Positions 1 through 8,234 of a stretch of 64,000 nt of DNA are shown in pieces. Positions within the stretch are counted from its first letter, which is position 1. Each line of letters starts with the position of its first letter. Both the position numbers and the translations under genes were made by a program. Origin of the DNA: an uncultured Bacilli bacterium (GTDB lineage Bacteria > Bacillota_I > Bacilli_A > RF39 > UBA660); NCBI GenBank assembly GCA_934183165.1, contig CAKPRZ010000004.1, forward strand, positions 5,998 to 69,997. The letters are read 5' to 3'. The notes under the pieces were generated by a model. The model worked only from the letters and a program-made list of their open reading frames with translations. It was not told where the DNA came from and did not search any database.

Positions 1-2
1 GT

Positions 3-1298
3 TTAGGCGATAGATTACAAAATGTAATGTCAAAAATTAAAGGTTATGGAAAAATAACAGAAGATAATATCAGTGAAATGCTAAGAGAGATTAGACTTGC
101 ATTATTAGAAGCTGATGTAAACTATAAAGTTGTAAAGGAATTTACAAATACTGTCAAGGAAAAAGCATTAGGTGAAGAAGTAAAAAGAAGCATTAAACCA
201 GGTGATATGTTTGTAAAAATAGTTAATGACGAATTAACAGAACTTCTCGGAGGAGAGGAAAAATACATTAACTTGACAGGTAATCCTGCTATACTTATGT
301 TGGTTGGTTTACAAGGAAGTGGTAAAACAACAACAATTGGTAAACTTGCTAATTTTTTAAGGAAAAAGCATGCTAAAAAGCCATTGTTGGTTGCTTGTGA
401 TGTTTATAGACCAGCAGCAATTGATCAATTAAAACAAATAGGTAAACAATTAAACATAGAAGTTTACGACGAAGGTAAAAATAATCCTGTTGAAATAGCT
501 AAAAACGCTATTAATCATGCTAAAAGCAACGGCTATGATTATGTGTTAATTGATACAGCAGGTAGACTTCATATTGATGAAGCTTTAATGGAAGAATTAG
601 ATAATATTAAAAATGAAGTAAATCCACAAGAAATTTTACTCGTTATAGATTCAATGATGGGACAAGATGCAATAAATGTAATTACTGGATTTAATGATAA
701 ATTACCACTTACTGGTGTAATTTTAACAAAATTAGATGGTGACACAAGAGGTGGAGTTGCTTTATCAGTAAGACATTTAACTAATGTTCCAATCAAATTT
801 ATTGGTGTAAGTGAAAAGTTAGATGGATTAGATTCTTTTGATCCTAAACGCATGGCAGGACGTATTTTAGGAATGGGTGATATTGTTTCATTAGTTGAAA
901 AAGCATCAGAAGTTATAGATGAAAAGGAAGCAGAAAAGGCAGCTAAAAAGATGCAAAATGGTAAATTCGATTTAGAGGATTTTTTATCACAGATGAAACA
1001 AATAAAGAAATTAGGACCATTGGAGAATTTATTAAAATTAATTCCAGGAGCTTCAAAACTTGGCTTAAATAATATTAATATAGATCCAAAACAAATTGCC
1101 CATATAGAATCTATAATTCTTTCTATGACTCCAAAAGAAAGAAAAAATCCAGACATAATTAAGGCTAGTAGAAAAACTAGAATTGCCAAGGGATGTGGTT
1201 TATCTGTTCAAGAGGTGAATAAACTTTTAACGCAATTTGATCAGATGAAAAAAATGATGAAACAATTTAGTAGTGGAAAGATGAAAATGCCGTTTTAA
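3..1298 (+). CDS. ffh: Signal recognition particle protein Ffh, 5'-truncated by the window edge
   Basis: The frame is open from nt 3 (LGDRLQNVMSKI...). SRP54 N domain is present. GTPase motifs GLQGSGKTTT, DTAGR and TKLDGD are present. The Met-rich M-domain tail is present. Confidence 0.95.
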   Translation, partial: LGDRLQNVMSKIKGYGKITEDNISEMLREIRLALLEADVNYKVVKEFTNTVKEKALGEEVKRSIKPGDMFVKIVNDELTELLGGEEKYINLTGNPAILMLVGLQGSGKTTTIGKLANFLRKKHAKKPLLVACDVYRPAAIDQLKQIGKQLNIEVYDEGKNNPVEIAKNAINHAKSNGYDYVLIDTAGRLHIDEALMEELDNIKNEVNPQEILLVIDSMMGQDAINVITGFNDKLPLTGVILTKLDGDTRGGVALSVRHLTNVPIKFIGVSEKLDGLDSFDPKRMAGRILGMGDIVSLVEKASEVIDEKEAEKAAKKMQNGKFDLEDFLSQMKQIKKLGPLENLLKLIPGASKLGLNNINIDPKQIAHIESIILSMTPKERKNPDIIKASRKTRIAKGCGLSVQEVNKLLTQFDQMKKMMKQFSSGKMKMPF

Positions 1299-1370
1299 GA
1301 AAATTTAGGCCTTTAAAATACCACTTTTTAGGATATATGAATATCATATGACTAGATAGGAGGATTTTAA

Positions 1371-1718
1371 ATGTTTAGAGAACAATGCTGTGATAGACAG
1401 AATGATTTTAGTGCTAATTTCAATGGTTATAATGATGTTAACATGGATGTTGATATAAATGTTGACAACAATATGGCAATGCCAGCTCAAGGAATGGATA
1501 TGCCAATGAATGGTGGAGTAGCTTCACCAATTATTGAACCAGTACAGGAAAGAGTTGTACAAAGGACAATAATGCATGAAGTTCCACACGTTTGCCCAAT
1601 TAGAACTAGAATAATTAACAATCATGTTTATCGTCATACATATAGGCCAAGTTATAGTTGCTGTAGTCAAGATACCGTTTCCAACGTTCAATGTGGTTCT
1701 TGCTGTCAATTCAAATAA
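1371..1718 (+). CDS. Small Cys/His-rich protein, possibly a CotD-family spore coat protein
   Basis: 115 aa with CC pairs at both ends and a His/Pro/Thr-rich core (HEVPHVCPIRTRIINNHVYRHTYRP). A strong RBS (taggaggat) lies upstream. Confidence 0.4.
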   Translation: MFREQCCDRQNDFSANFNGYNDVNMDVDINVDNNMAMPAQGMDMPMNGGVASPIIEPVQERVVQRTIMHEVPHVCPIRTRIINNHVYRHTYRPSYSCCSQDTVSNVQCGSCCQFK

Positions 1719-1723
1719 ATTTA

Positions 1724-1750
1724 GAAAAAAGCCAACTGGCTTTTTTTCTT
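1724..1750 (+). terminator. Rho-independent terminator
   Basis: aaaaaagccaactggcttttttt hairpin plus T-tract after the stop of the 1371 ORF. Confidence 0.6.
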
Positions 1751-1796
1751 TGAGAAAAAGCAATTTATTTGTGATATAATTAGCATAGAGGTTACT

Positions 1797-2186
1797 ATGG
1801 AAGACAGAGTAGAAGAAATACTAAACAATTTATCAAAATCAAAATTTAGAAGTAGTTTTCATTTAAAAGAAAAAGATATACAATATATAAAAGAAAAAGG
1901 TTTAACAAAAATAAAAATTCATGCATATGATTTTGTAAATAAAAGACTAAAAGATGTTACAAATATAAAAGATGGGAAACAAACTCCAACAAAAGGACAT
2001 CCTGTTTTTATAGCACAACACGCAACTGCAACATGTTGTAGAGGATGTTTAGAAAAATGGCATAAGATAATTAAAAATAAATCTCTTTCGGATACAGAAA
2101 TCAATTATATAGTTTACGTAATTATGAAGTGGATAATAAGAGAATGTAAAAATGCTAATAAAAAATCAAAAAACTTAAAATTTTAA
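1797..2186 (+). CDS. DUF4186 family protein
   Basis: KDGKQTP.KGHPVFIAQHATATCCRGCLEKWH motif, characteristic of DUF4186. Confidence 0.7.
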   Translation: MEDRVEEILNNLSKSKFRSSFHLKEKDIQYIKEKGLTKIKIHAYDFVNKRLKDVTNIKDGKQTPTKGHPVFIAQHATATCCRGCLEKWHKIIKNKSLSDTEINYIVYVIMKWIIRECKNANKKSKNLKF

Positions 2187-2267
2187 ATTTTAAATTTAAT
2201 AAGTTTTTCTTTTTTTTTTAATATAAAACTGTTATAATTATATTGATAAAATAGAGGGTGTATAAAT

Positions 2268-5117
2268 ATGAATAATGATTATACTAACAATAATGATTTT
2301 AATGGAAGCTATACAAATAATCAACCAGGTAGTTATTTTGATGATAATTACAGTAATGATAATGACCCAAAAGATAATTTGGATGACAGTTTATATAATG
2401 ATGGTGAGGATAAAAGACCTAAATTAGTAATTATTATAGTAGGAATTGTAGTATTAGTAATTTTGATATTAATATTTATGTTTGCTTGTTCTAAAATAAA
2501 TAAGAAAAGTAATAATAACAACTTAAGTAACATTTCAGTTACTAATGGAGAACTAACTCCTTCATTTAATAAAGGTAATTTAGAATACGCAGTTGCAGCA
2601 AGTGAAGATATAGTTTCAATATCATGTAGTAGTGAAAGTTCTAAAGCAACAACTGAAGGATGCAATAAAAGAATTTATTTAACTGATACATGCATCGAAC
2701 ATAAAATTATAGTTAGAGCCCAGGATAAATCAGTAAAAGAATATAAATTAAATATTTGTAAGCAAGATAAGAATGCTCCAATTATTAAGAATGTAGTTTT
2801 ATCTCCTAATGGTTATAGTAAAAATGAGGTAAAAGTTACAGTAGATGTTGAAAGTGTTTCTCCTTTACATGATGAAGCATACAGCATGGATGGTGGAATT
2901 ACTTGGCAAAAGGAAAATGTATTTACTTTGACTGAAAATAAAAAAATAGAAATTAAAGTAAGAAATGTAAATAATACTGAAAGTGCGGTAGTGGAAAAGG
3001 AAATAAATACTATTGATAAAACTAATCCTACTGTAAAAGTTTCTGGAAGTATAAATAGTGGAAGTTCTACATATTCAAATGTTGAATTAAATGCAGAAGT
3101 TGATCCACAGTCAACGTTAAGTGGCTATAAATATCAATGGTATAGAGGAAATAGTAAAATAAAAGGTGCGACACAATCGACTTATTTAGCAACAAGTAGT
3201 GGAACATATAAAGTGGTTGTAACAACTGGTGCTGGAAATTCTGCTACTTCTAATAAATATGTAGTTAATAAAAAGAGTAGTGGAGGATCATCTGGTAATA
3301 ATGGTAATAATTCAAATAACTATTCTATTAAAATTAACGCAGTAAAAGGCAATCCAAGTAATTGGACAAGTCAAGATGTAACTTTATCAATAAATGCACA
3401 AGCTAGCAAAGGATTACACAGTAGTGCTTATTCATTTGATGGAGGTAAGACATATCAAAAAAGCAATAGTAAAAAATTCAGTAAAAATCAAACTGTTAAT
3501 ATAGTTGTAAGAGATAAAAATGGAAATAAAACAACATGGAAAGTAGAAATAAATAAGATTGATAAAACGACACCAAATGTAAGTATAAGTGGAAGTCATT
3601 ATATAGGAAACACTTTAACAGCAAATGTAAAGCCTAATAGTTGTGCTAGTGGTTATAAATATCAGTGGTATGAGAATGGAACAGCTATTAGTGGTGCTAC
3701 AAGTAAAACATATAAAACTAATAAAGTTGGTACATATAAAGTTATTGTAACAACAGGCGCTGGTAAATCGGGAAGTGCTAGTGTTTCCGTATCTAATAAA
3801 GTAACAGCTAGTGTTTCTATAAAAAGTAGTGTTACAAGCGGCAAATGGACTAATCAAAATGTTAAATTAACAGCTAGTATTACTAATGGTAGTGCTTCAC
3901 GATATGAATGGTATAAAAATAATAGTAAATATTCTGCTTGTACTACTAATACTTGTACTATTTCATCTGATCAAGAGGCAACCTACAAAGTAAGAGCAAT
4001 TACAACGTCTGGGGATACAACTACTTTTTCTGGAGTTATTTCTGTTAAGGTAGATAAAAAAAAGCCACAATTGGAACTTAAATTAACACTAGGAAGTTAT
4101 GATGGTTCAAAGTATACTCCAGGGTCAGTAGCTAGTAAGGCAGTTTACGTTTCAGCCGTTGCACGAGATAATATGAAAATGGATAATATGCTTTTCCAAT
4201 ACTTAGCGAGTGATTCTAAAAATAATCAATGGTATAGTCATCCAACTAAAGCATGGTCAAGTTCTACTATAAGTGGTAAGAGTGCTTATTCAAAAGTATA
4301 TTTTAATGATAATACTACATATCCATTTGTAGTAAGAGCAACTGATGCTGCTGGTAATTATACAGATGTTAAAGCAACTATTATTATAAACAAAAATCAA
4401 TCAACACCTACACCTGAAGTTAATTTGAAGGCTCCAACAATAGCATTAAGTCATAGTAGTAATTTTAATGTTCCATATACTGGAAATATAACATTTACTT
4501 TAAAAAATACTAATTCTGTTGGAACTTTGCAATACAAATTAGGTAATGGAAGTTGGACAAACTATTCAGGCAAAGCAACTACATTATTGAGTAGTACTGG
4601 ATCACAAACAGTACATGCAAGGGTATCATATAACGGAAAAACATCAAGTGAGGCTAAATCAACAGGTTATTGTAACAAAGATATTCCAACACAGGATAGA
4701 AATAATAATGGTGTAGATTCAGGTAATAAATGTTGGTTCCAATTAACTATGAAACATAATGGTTCATCATTGCCAAGTGGTGTTACCAAAAATAGATATT
4801 ATTATGCATATTGGAAGGCAACTCCAACCAATGATACTTCAAATAAATATTGGAATACAAGTGGTTATGAATCAAAATTAAGAAAGGAATGTGGTTATTA
4901 TCCACCACAGGGAGTAAAAATATTTGATTCAAAAAGTTCAAATGTCACAACAAAGCTTTATCAGAAATCTTCTAAGCAATATTATTGTTTTGCAATAAAA
5001 GAATATAGAGCAAATGATATTACTTCTGTTAACCGCTGGAAAGTATGGTATAAAATGTCAAATACAGGAGCAACATGTTCTGCATCAGCTTATACTAGTC
5101 AAAAATATGATGGGTAA
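2268..5117 (+). CDS. Large membrane-anchored surface protein with cadherin-like and tandem Ig-like beta-sandwich repeats
   Basis: N/D/Y-rich N-terminus, then a single TM (LVIIIVGIVVLVILILIFMFA). Cadherin-like beta-sandwich signature (SVTNGELTPSFNKGNLEYAVA). Alternating repeated modules (aYSxDGGxTxQK...IDKTxPxV and GYKYQWY...GTYKVxVTTGAG). Cys-containing C-terminal region. Confidence 0.8.
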   Translation: MNNDYTNNNDFNGSYTNNQPGSYFDDNYSNDNDPKDNLDDSLYNDGEDKRPKLVIIIVGIVVLVILILIFMFACSKINKKSNNNNLSNISVTNGELTPSFNKGNLEYAVAASEDIVSISCSSESSKATTEGCNKRIYLTDTCIEHKIIVRAQDKSVKEYKLNICKQDKNAPIIKNVVLSPNGYSKNEVKVTVDVESVSPLHDEAYSMDGGITWQKENVFTLTENKKIEIKVRNVNNTESAVVEKEINTIDKTNPTVKVSGSINSGSSTYSNVELNAEVDPQSTLSGYKYQWYRGNSKIKGATQSTYLATSSGTYKVVVTTGAGNSATSNKYVVNKKSSGGSSGNNGNNSNNYSIKINAVKGNPSNWTSQDVTLSINAQASKGLHSSAYSFDGGKTYQKSNSKKFSKNQTVNIVVRDKNGNKTTWKVEINKIDKTTPNVSISGSHYIGNTLTANVKPNSCASGYKYQWYENGTAISGATSKTYKTNKVGTYKVIVTTGAGKSGSASVSVSNKVTASVSIKSSVTSGKWTNQNVKLTASITNGSASRYEWYKNNSKYSACTTNTCTISSDQEATYKVRAITTSGDTTTFSGVISVKVDKKKPQLELKLTLGSYDGSKYTPGSVASKAVYVSAVARDNMKMDNMLFQYLASDSKNNQWYSHPTKAWSSSTISGKSAYSKVYFNDNTTYPFVVRATDAAGNYTDVKATIIINKNQSTPTPEVNLKAPTIALSHSSNFNVPYTGNITFTLKNTNSVGTLQYKLGNGSWTNYSGKATTLLSSTGSQTVHARVSYNGKTSSEAKSTGYCNKDIPTQDRNNNGVDSGNKCWFQLTMKHNGSSLPSGVTKNRYYYAYWKATPTNDTSNKYWNTSGYESKLRKECGYYPPQGVKIFDSKSSNVTTKLYQKSSKQYYCFAIKEYRANDITSVNRWKVWYKMSNTGATCSASAYTSQKYDG

Positions 5118-5118
5118 C

Positions 5119-5146
5119 AAAAAAGCACATTGTGCTTTTTTTTATT
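5119..5146 (+). terminator. Rho-independent terminator
   Basis: aaaagcacattgtgctttttttt immediately after the stop. Confidence 0.6.
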
Positions 5147-5164
5147 AAAAAAACATGATATAAT
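5136..5164 (+). promoter_or_regulatory. Putative promoter with extended -10 (TGaTATAAT) upstream of the ncRNA region
   Basis: tgatataat at 5156-5164. The -35 is weak. The TG extension could compensate. Confidence 0.35.
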
Positions 5165-5745
5165 GTCATAGAAATGGCGCATTATTCTAGTCAATACATT
5201 ATTACGAAGACGAGGGTAAAATATCGTTAAATAGCATACCTGTGAAGCGTCTGGTGTTTGCTTTATGTGCCCAACATAGGGTGAATGCTGGATTTGAAGA
5301 ATCTATGGGCGATCGTAATGGCATACGGCAACCGACCCATTTATTCGTGGAGACCTATTCTTGTGGGAAGATCTTTGGATACTTCTTACGACTTAGGATT
5401 AAACCTATTTTGTAGTGAAAGCTATGGATAGAGTAGCTAGACTTGAGTGATAATAGGGAATAGAGACAACTAAAATTTGGCGTACACCATTATTTTAGTA
5501 TCGCTACTTGAAACTATTATTGCAAAAAAGTATAAGTAATAGGTGGTATTGTTGGGGAAAACCTCTAGAATGTAGATTGATATAGGATTGCAGTGTGCAC
5601 TAAGTGGCAATCAAGTCATAGATAAGGAGACTTACTATTTATTCTTTTAAAAGGGAACTGCTATACTGGTAACAGTAAGTAAGAATAAGGGAAATCCAAC
5701 TTGACCTAAGGTACAAGGTTTACTATATTAATGCCATTTCATTAA
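5150..5745 (+). ncRNA. ole: Large structured non-coding RNA, candidate OLE (ornate, large, extremophilic) RNA
   Basis: About 600 nt with no ORF above roughly 40 aa on either strand. GC is clearly higher than in the flanks (GC-rich runs such as gggcgatcgtaatggcatacggcaaccgacc). It lies immediately upstream of a small 4-TM protein gene. Confidence 0.5.
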
Positions 5746-5757
5746 TATGGTGATTAT

Positions 5758-6345
5758 ATGAATAAGAAAACTTATAAAGAAAAATACTCAAAAAAAGTGG
5801 ATAAAAAGAAAATTAGTAATAAAAAAAATGTTGATCTACATTGGATTTTGACAATTACTATCACTGCTTTTTTGATATCAATGCTTTTTTCATTTTTATC
5901 GGAATCTATAATATCTAATGTAGGTGCTGTTGTTAGTGTATTGTTATTAATTATTGTTATTTTGATAGGCGTTATGTTTGATATGATTGGAATAAGCGTT
6001 ACAGTTGCTGATATCAAGACATTTAATTCGATGGCTACTAAAAGAGTTAAAGGTGCATCTTTAGCAGTTAAATTCATTAAGAATGCCGAAAAGTTGTCTA
6101 GTTTTTGCAATGATGTTATTGGTGATATTTGTGGAATAATTAGTGGAGCTCTTGCTTCTTCTATTTCTGTAATATTAGTAAACAAATTTAATTTGAATTT
6201 ACTCGCTACAACCCTTGCTACAACGGGAGTAGTAGCGTCATTAACTATAGGGGGAAAAGCCTTAGGAAAAGGATTTGCAATTAACAAAAGTAATGTTATT
6301 TTATATCATTTTTCTAAAGTTGTATCAATTTTTTATGGAAGGTAA
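5758..6345 (+). CDS. oapA: Small 4-TM membrane protein, candidate OLE-associated protein OapA
   Basis: 195 aa with a basic N-terminus and four predicted TM helices. It sits directly downstream of the ORF-free structured region. RBS ggtga. Confidence 0.5.
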   Translation: MNKKTYKEKYSKKVDKKKISNKKNVDLHWILTITITAFLISMLFSFLSESIISNVGAVVSVLLLIIVILIGVMFDMIGISVTVADIKTFNSMATKRVKGASLAVKFIKNAEKLSSFCNDVIGDICGIISGALASSISVILVNKFNLNLLATTLATTGVVASLTIGGKALGKGFAINKSNVILYHFSKVVSIFYGR

Positions 6346-6353
6346 GTAGTAAA

Positions 6354-6929
6354 ATGAAAAAGAAGTTATTAGTAAGTATTATTATTTTATCTATTATTGC
6401 TATCTTATTGGGTAGTATTATAGGAATAAAAAGAATTATCAAAAGTTATAAACTTGATCAAAAAACAACTGGTGAAATAGTATCAAAAATAAACAATGAA
6501 TATTCTGATTTTGAGAGTAAAATTAGTAATTATAATAAAGATTTAACTGAACTTATAGAAATATTAAATACTAGTTCGTATTATCAAAAAATTTATAAAA
6601 ATCAAGAAAAAATAATAAATTTATTAGATAGAGTAACAAAAGAAGTAAAAGAACTATCTTCTTATAATATTTTAAAAGAAAATTGTAATTTGAAATTCGC
6701 TGATGGAAAAGCATCAAGAGCCTGTAAATCTTTTTCTCAAACATATGAAAAAAGTGTTAATGTTTATGTTGACGTAGTAATTGCTTATAATGATATGGTA
6801 TCTAAAGTTAATGAGTTAGATGTTTCAAAAGAGAAGATTCAAACTTATGAAGGTTACTTTAAAAATTATATTGATTATAATAGTGATGGTAAATTTTTAG
6901 GAAAAGGAATAAAAGCAGGTGAGGAGTAA
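6354..6929 (+). CDS. Hypothetical membrane-anchored protein
   Basis: N-terminal TM (LLVSIIILSIIAILLGSII). RBS ggaagg. No recognisable domain. Confidence 0.6.
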   Translation: MKKKLLVSIIILSIIAILLGSIIGIKRIIKSYKLDQKTTGEIVSKINNEYSDFESKISNYNKDLTELIEILNTSSYYQKIYKNQEKIINLLDRVTKEVKELSSYNILKENCNLKFADGKASRACKSFSQTYEKSVNVYVDVVIAYNDMVSKVNELDVSKEKIQTYEGYFKNYIDYNSDGKFLGKGIKAGEE

Positions 6930-6931
6930 TT

Positions 6932-8176
6932 ATGAAAAGGGATAAAGGACGAAAACTATTATTAATAGGGTTATTGTTATTACCAATCACAGCTTGTTTA
7001 TTTGTTGTATCCTTATTTAGTAGTGAACTAATTAATAAAACTTTAAAAATTGTGATGTTAATACTGTCTGTTATATTTTTAATTTTTATAATAAGTGGAA
7101 TTATAGTTTCCTTTAAACAAAAAAATAGAAAACTTAAAAAAGTTTTTAGAGTCATTTTGATACTTTTCTTTTTGTTTTACTATGTTGGTGCAACCGGAGT
7201 GATGGTCTTACTTTATGGTCCAAATCATAAGTTTAGAAACTGGCTTATAACTTCTGCTATGACTACTATGAATCATCAGTACTTTGCAACATGGTTTTAT
7301 AATGAAACAACAGTTAATGAGGTTTTAAATAATAATGTTGTTGTTGAAATTAAGGAAGAAACAAATCAAAATTTGGTTACAGTTGGTAATATTAATTTTA
7401 ATAAAGTTATATATAAAAATGAATATGATGAAGAAGTATTGACTAAAGACGATGATAATGATTTATATAAAATAATAGATATTAAAAGAGATGGTTATAG
7501 AGGAAAACTAGCAGTAATCTATGATCCATCAAAAGTTAAAGTTGGAACAGCTAAGAAAATAGGAAAAGATTTAAAAGTAAATAGTGGACAATATTTAATA
7601 GATATAACAAAAAGATATAATGCTGTTATTGGAGTTAATGCTAGTGGATTTGTTGATCCTGGTTATAATAGTACAGGAGGAGTACCAAGAGGTTTTGTTA
7701 TATCAGAAGGTAAATTGGTTGTTGATAATGTTTGGGGTCGTAATTATGGTGGCTTAGTAGGCTTTGATAAAAATAATAAATTGGTTTTATCTACTAGTAT
7801 GACCGCTAAACAAGCTTTGGCAAATGGAATTAGGGACGCTGTTCAATATGGTCCATATTTAGTTGTTAATGGTAAATCATCATATGTTAAAGGTAATGGT
7901 GGATGGGGAATTGCTCCTAGAACTGCAATTGGTCAAAGAGATGATGGAATAGTTTTACTTTTAACAATAGACGGAAGACAAACTGCCTCTTTAGGTGCTG
8001 ATATGGGTGATATGGCACAAATAATGATTGATTATGGTGCTGTTAATGCCGCTAATATGGATGGTGGTACTTCAACTGCTATGGCATTAAACAGCAAATT
8101 AATTTCTAATCCTAGAAATGGTGGATTTCAGCCAAAAACAAGGCCAATACCTGATGCTTGGATTGTCGTTAAATAA
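6932..8176 (+). CDS. Membrane-anchored phosphodiester glycosidase family protein (NAGPA/DUF2233-like)
   Basis: N-terminal TMs. C-terminal motifs GVNASGF, GIAPRTAIGQRDDGIVLLLTIDGRQ and NAANMDGGTSTAM, typical of the phosphodiester glycosidase family. RBS ggtgaggag. Confidence 0.75.
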   Translation: MKRDKGRKLLLIGLLLLPITACLFVVSLFSSELINKTLKIVMLILSVIFLIFIISGIIVSFKQKNRKLKKVFRVILILFFLFYYVGATGVMVLLYGPNHKFRNWLITSAMTTMNHQYFATWFYNETTVNEVLNNNVVVEIKEETNQNLVTVGNINFNKVIYKNEYDEEVLTKDDDNDLYKIIDIKRDGYRGKLAVIYDPSKVKVGTAKKIGKDLKVNSGQYLIDITKRYNAVIGVNASGFVDPGYNSTGGVPRGFVISEGKLVVDNVWGRNYGGLVGFDKNNKLVLSTSMTAKQALANGIRDAVQYGPYLVVNGKSSYVKGNGGWGIAPRTAIGQRDDGIVLLLTIDGRQTASLGADMGDMAQIMIDYGAVNAANMDGGTSTAMALNSKLISNPRNGGFQPKTRPIPDAWIVVK

Positions 8177-8234
8177 AAGTTGAAAATCAACTTTTTTTTT
8201 GTTATAATTTTTATTGATAATAGGAGGCTATTTT

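Noticed and set aside
569-1189. Reverse-strand ORF of 206 aa inside ffh (and similar antisense ORFs at 1524-1763, 1919-2104, 2348-2665, 3615-3857, 5772-6287, 6859-7155, 13119-13571, 16400-16657, 17410-17646, 18059-18301, 18704-19219, 20054-20275, 20971-21165, 23278-23481, 24687-24893, 29844-30026, 30292-30489, 31798-32007, 33778-33984, 35784-35978, 37158-37340, 40060-40251, 42547-42747, 43018-43272, 44629-44844, 45140-45415, 47971-48228, 52944-53321, 55221-55421, 59796-59999, 60519-60734, 62099-62305, 62673-62903, 63636-63833)
   Set aside because: All lie fully inside well-supported sense-strand genes with recognisable domains. They lack RBSs and encode low-complexity hydrophobic strings typical of antisense frames in AT-rich DNA.
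5150-5745. Considered tmRNA, RNase P RNA, 6S RNA or a group II intron for the ORF-free structured region
   Set aside because: I see no tmRNA tag-peptide reading frame ending in ...ALAA with a tRNA-like 3' end. I see no RNase P P4 signature or 6S-like single large bulge. The region is far too short for a group II intron, which would also encode or abut a maturase. Size and the downstream 4-TM gene fit OLE better.
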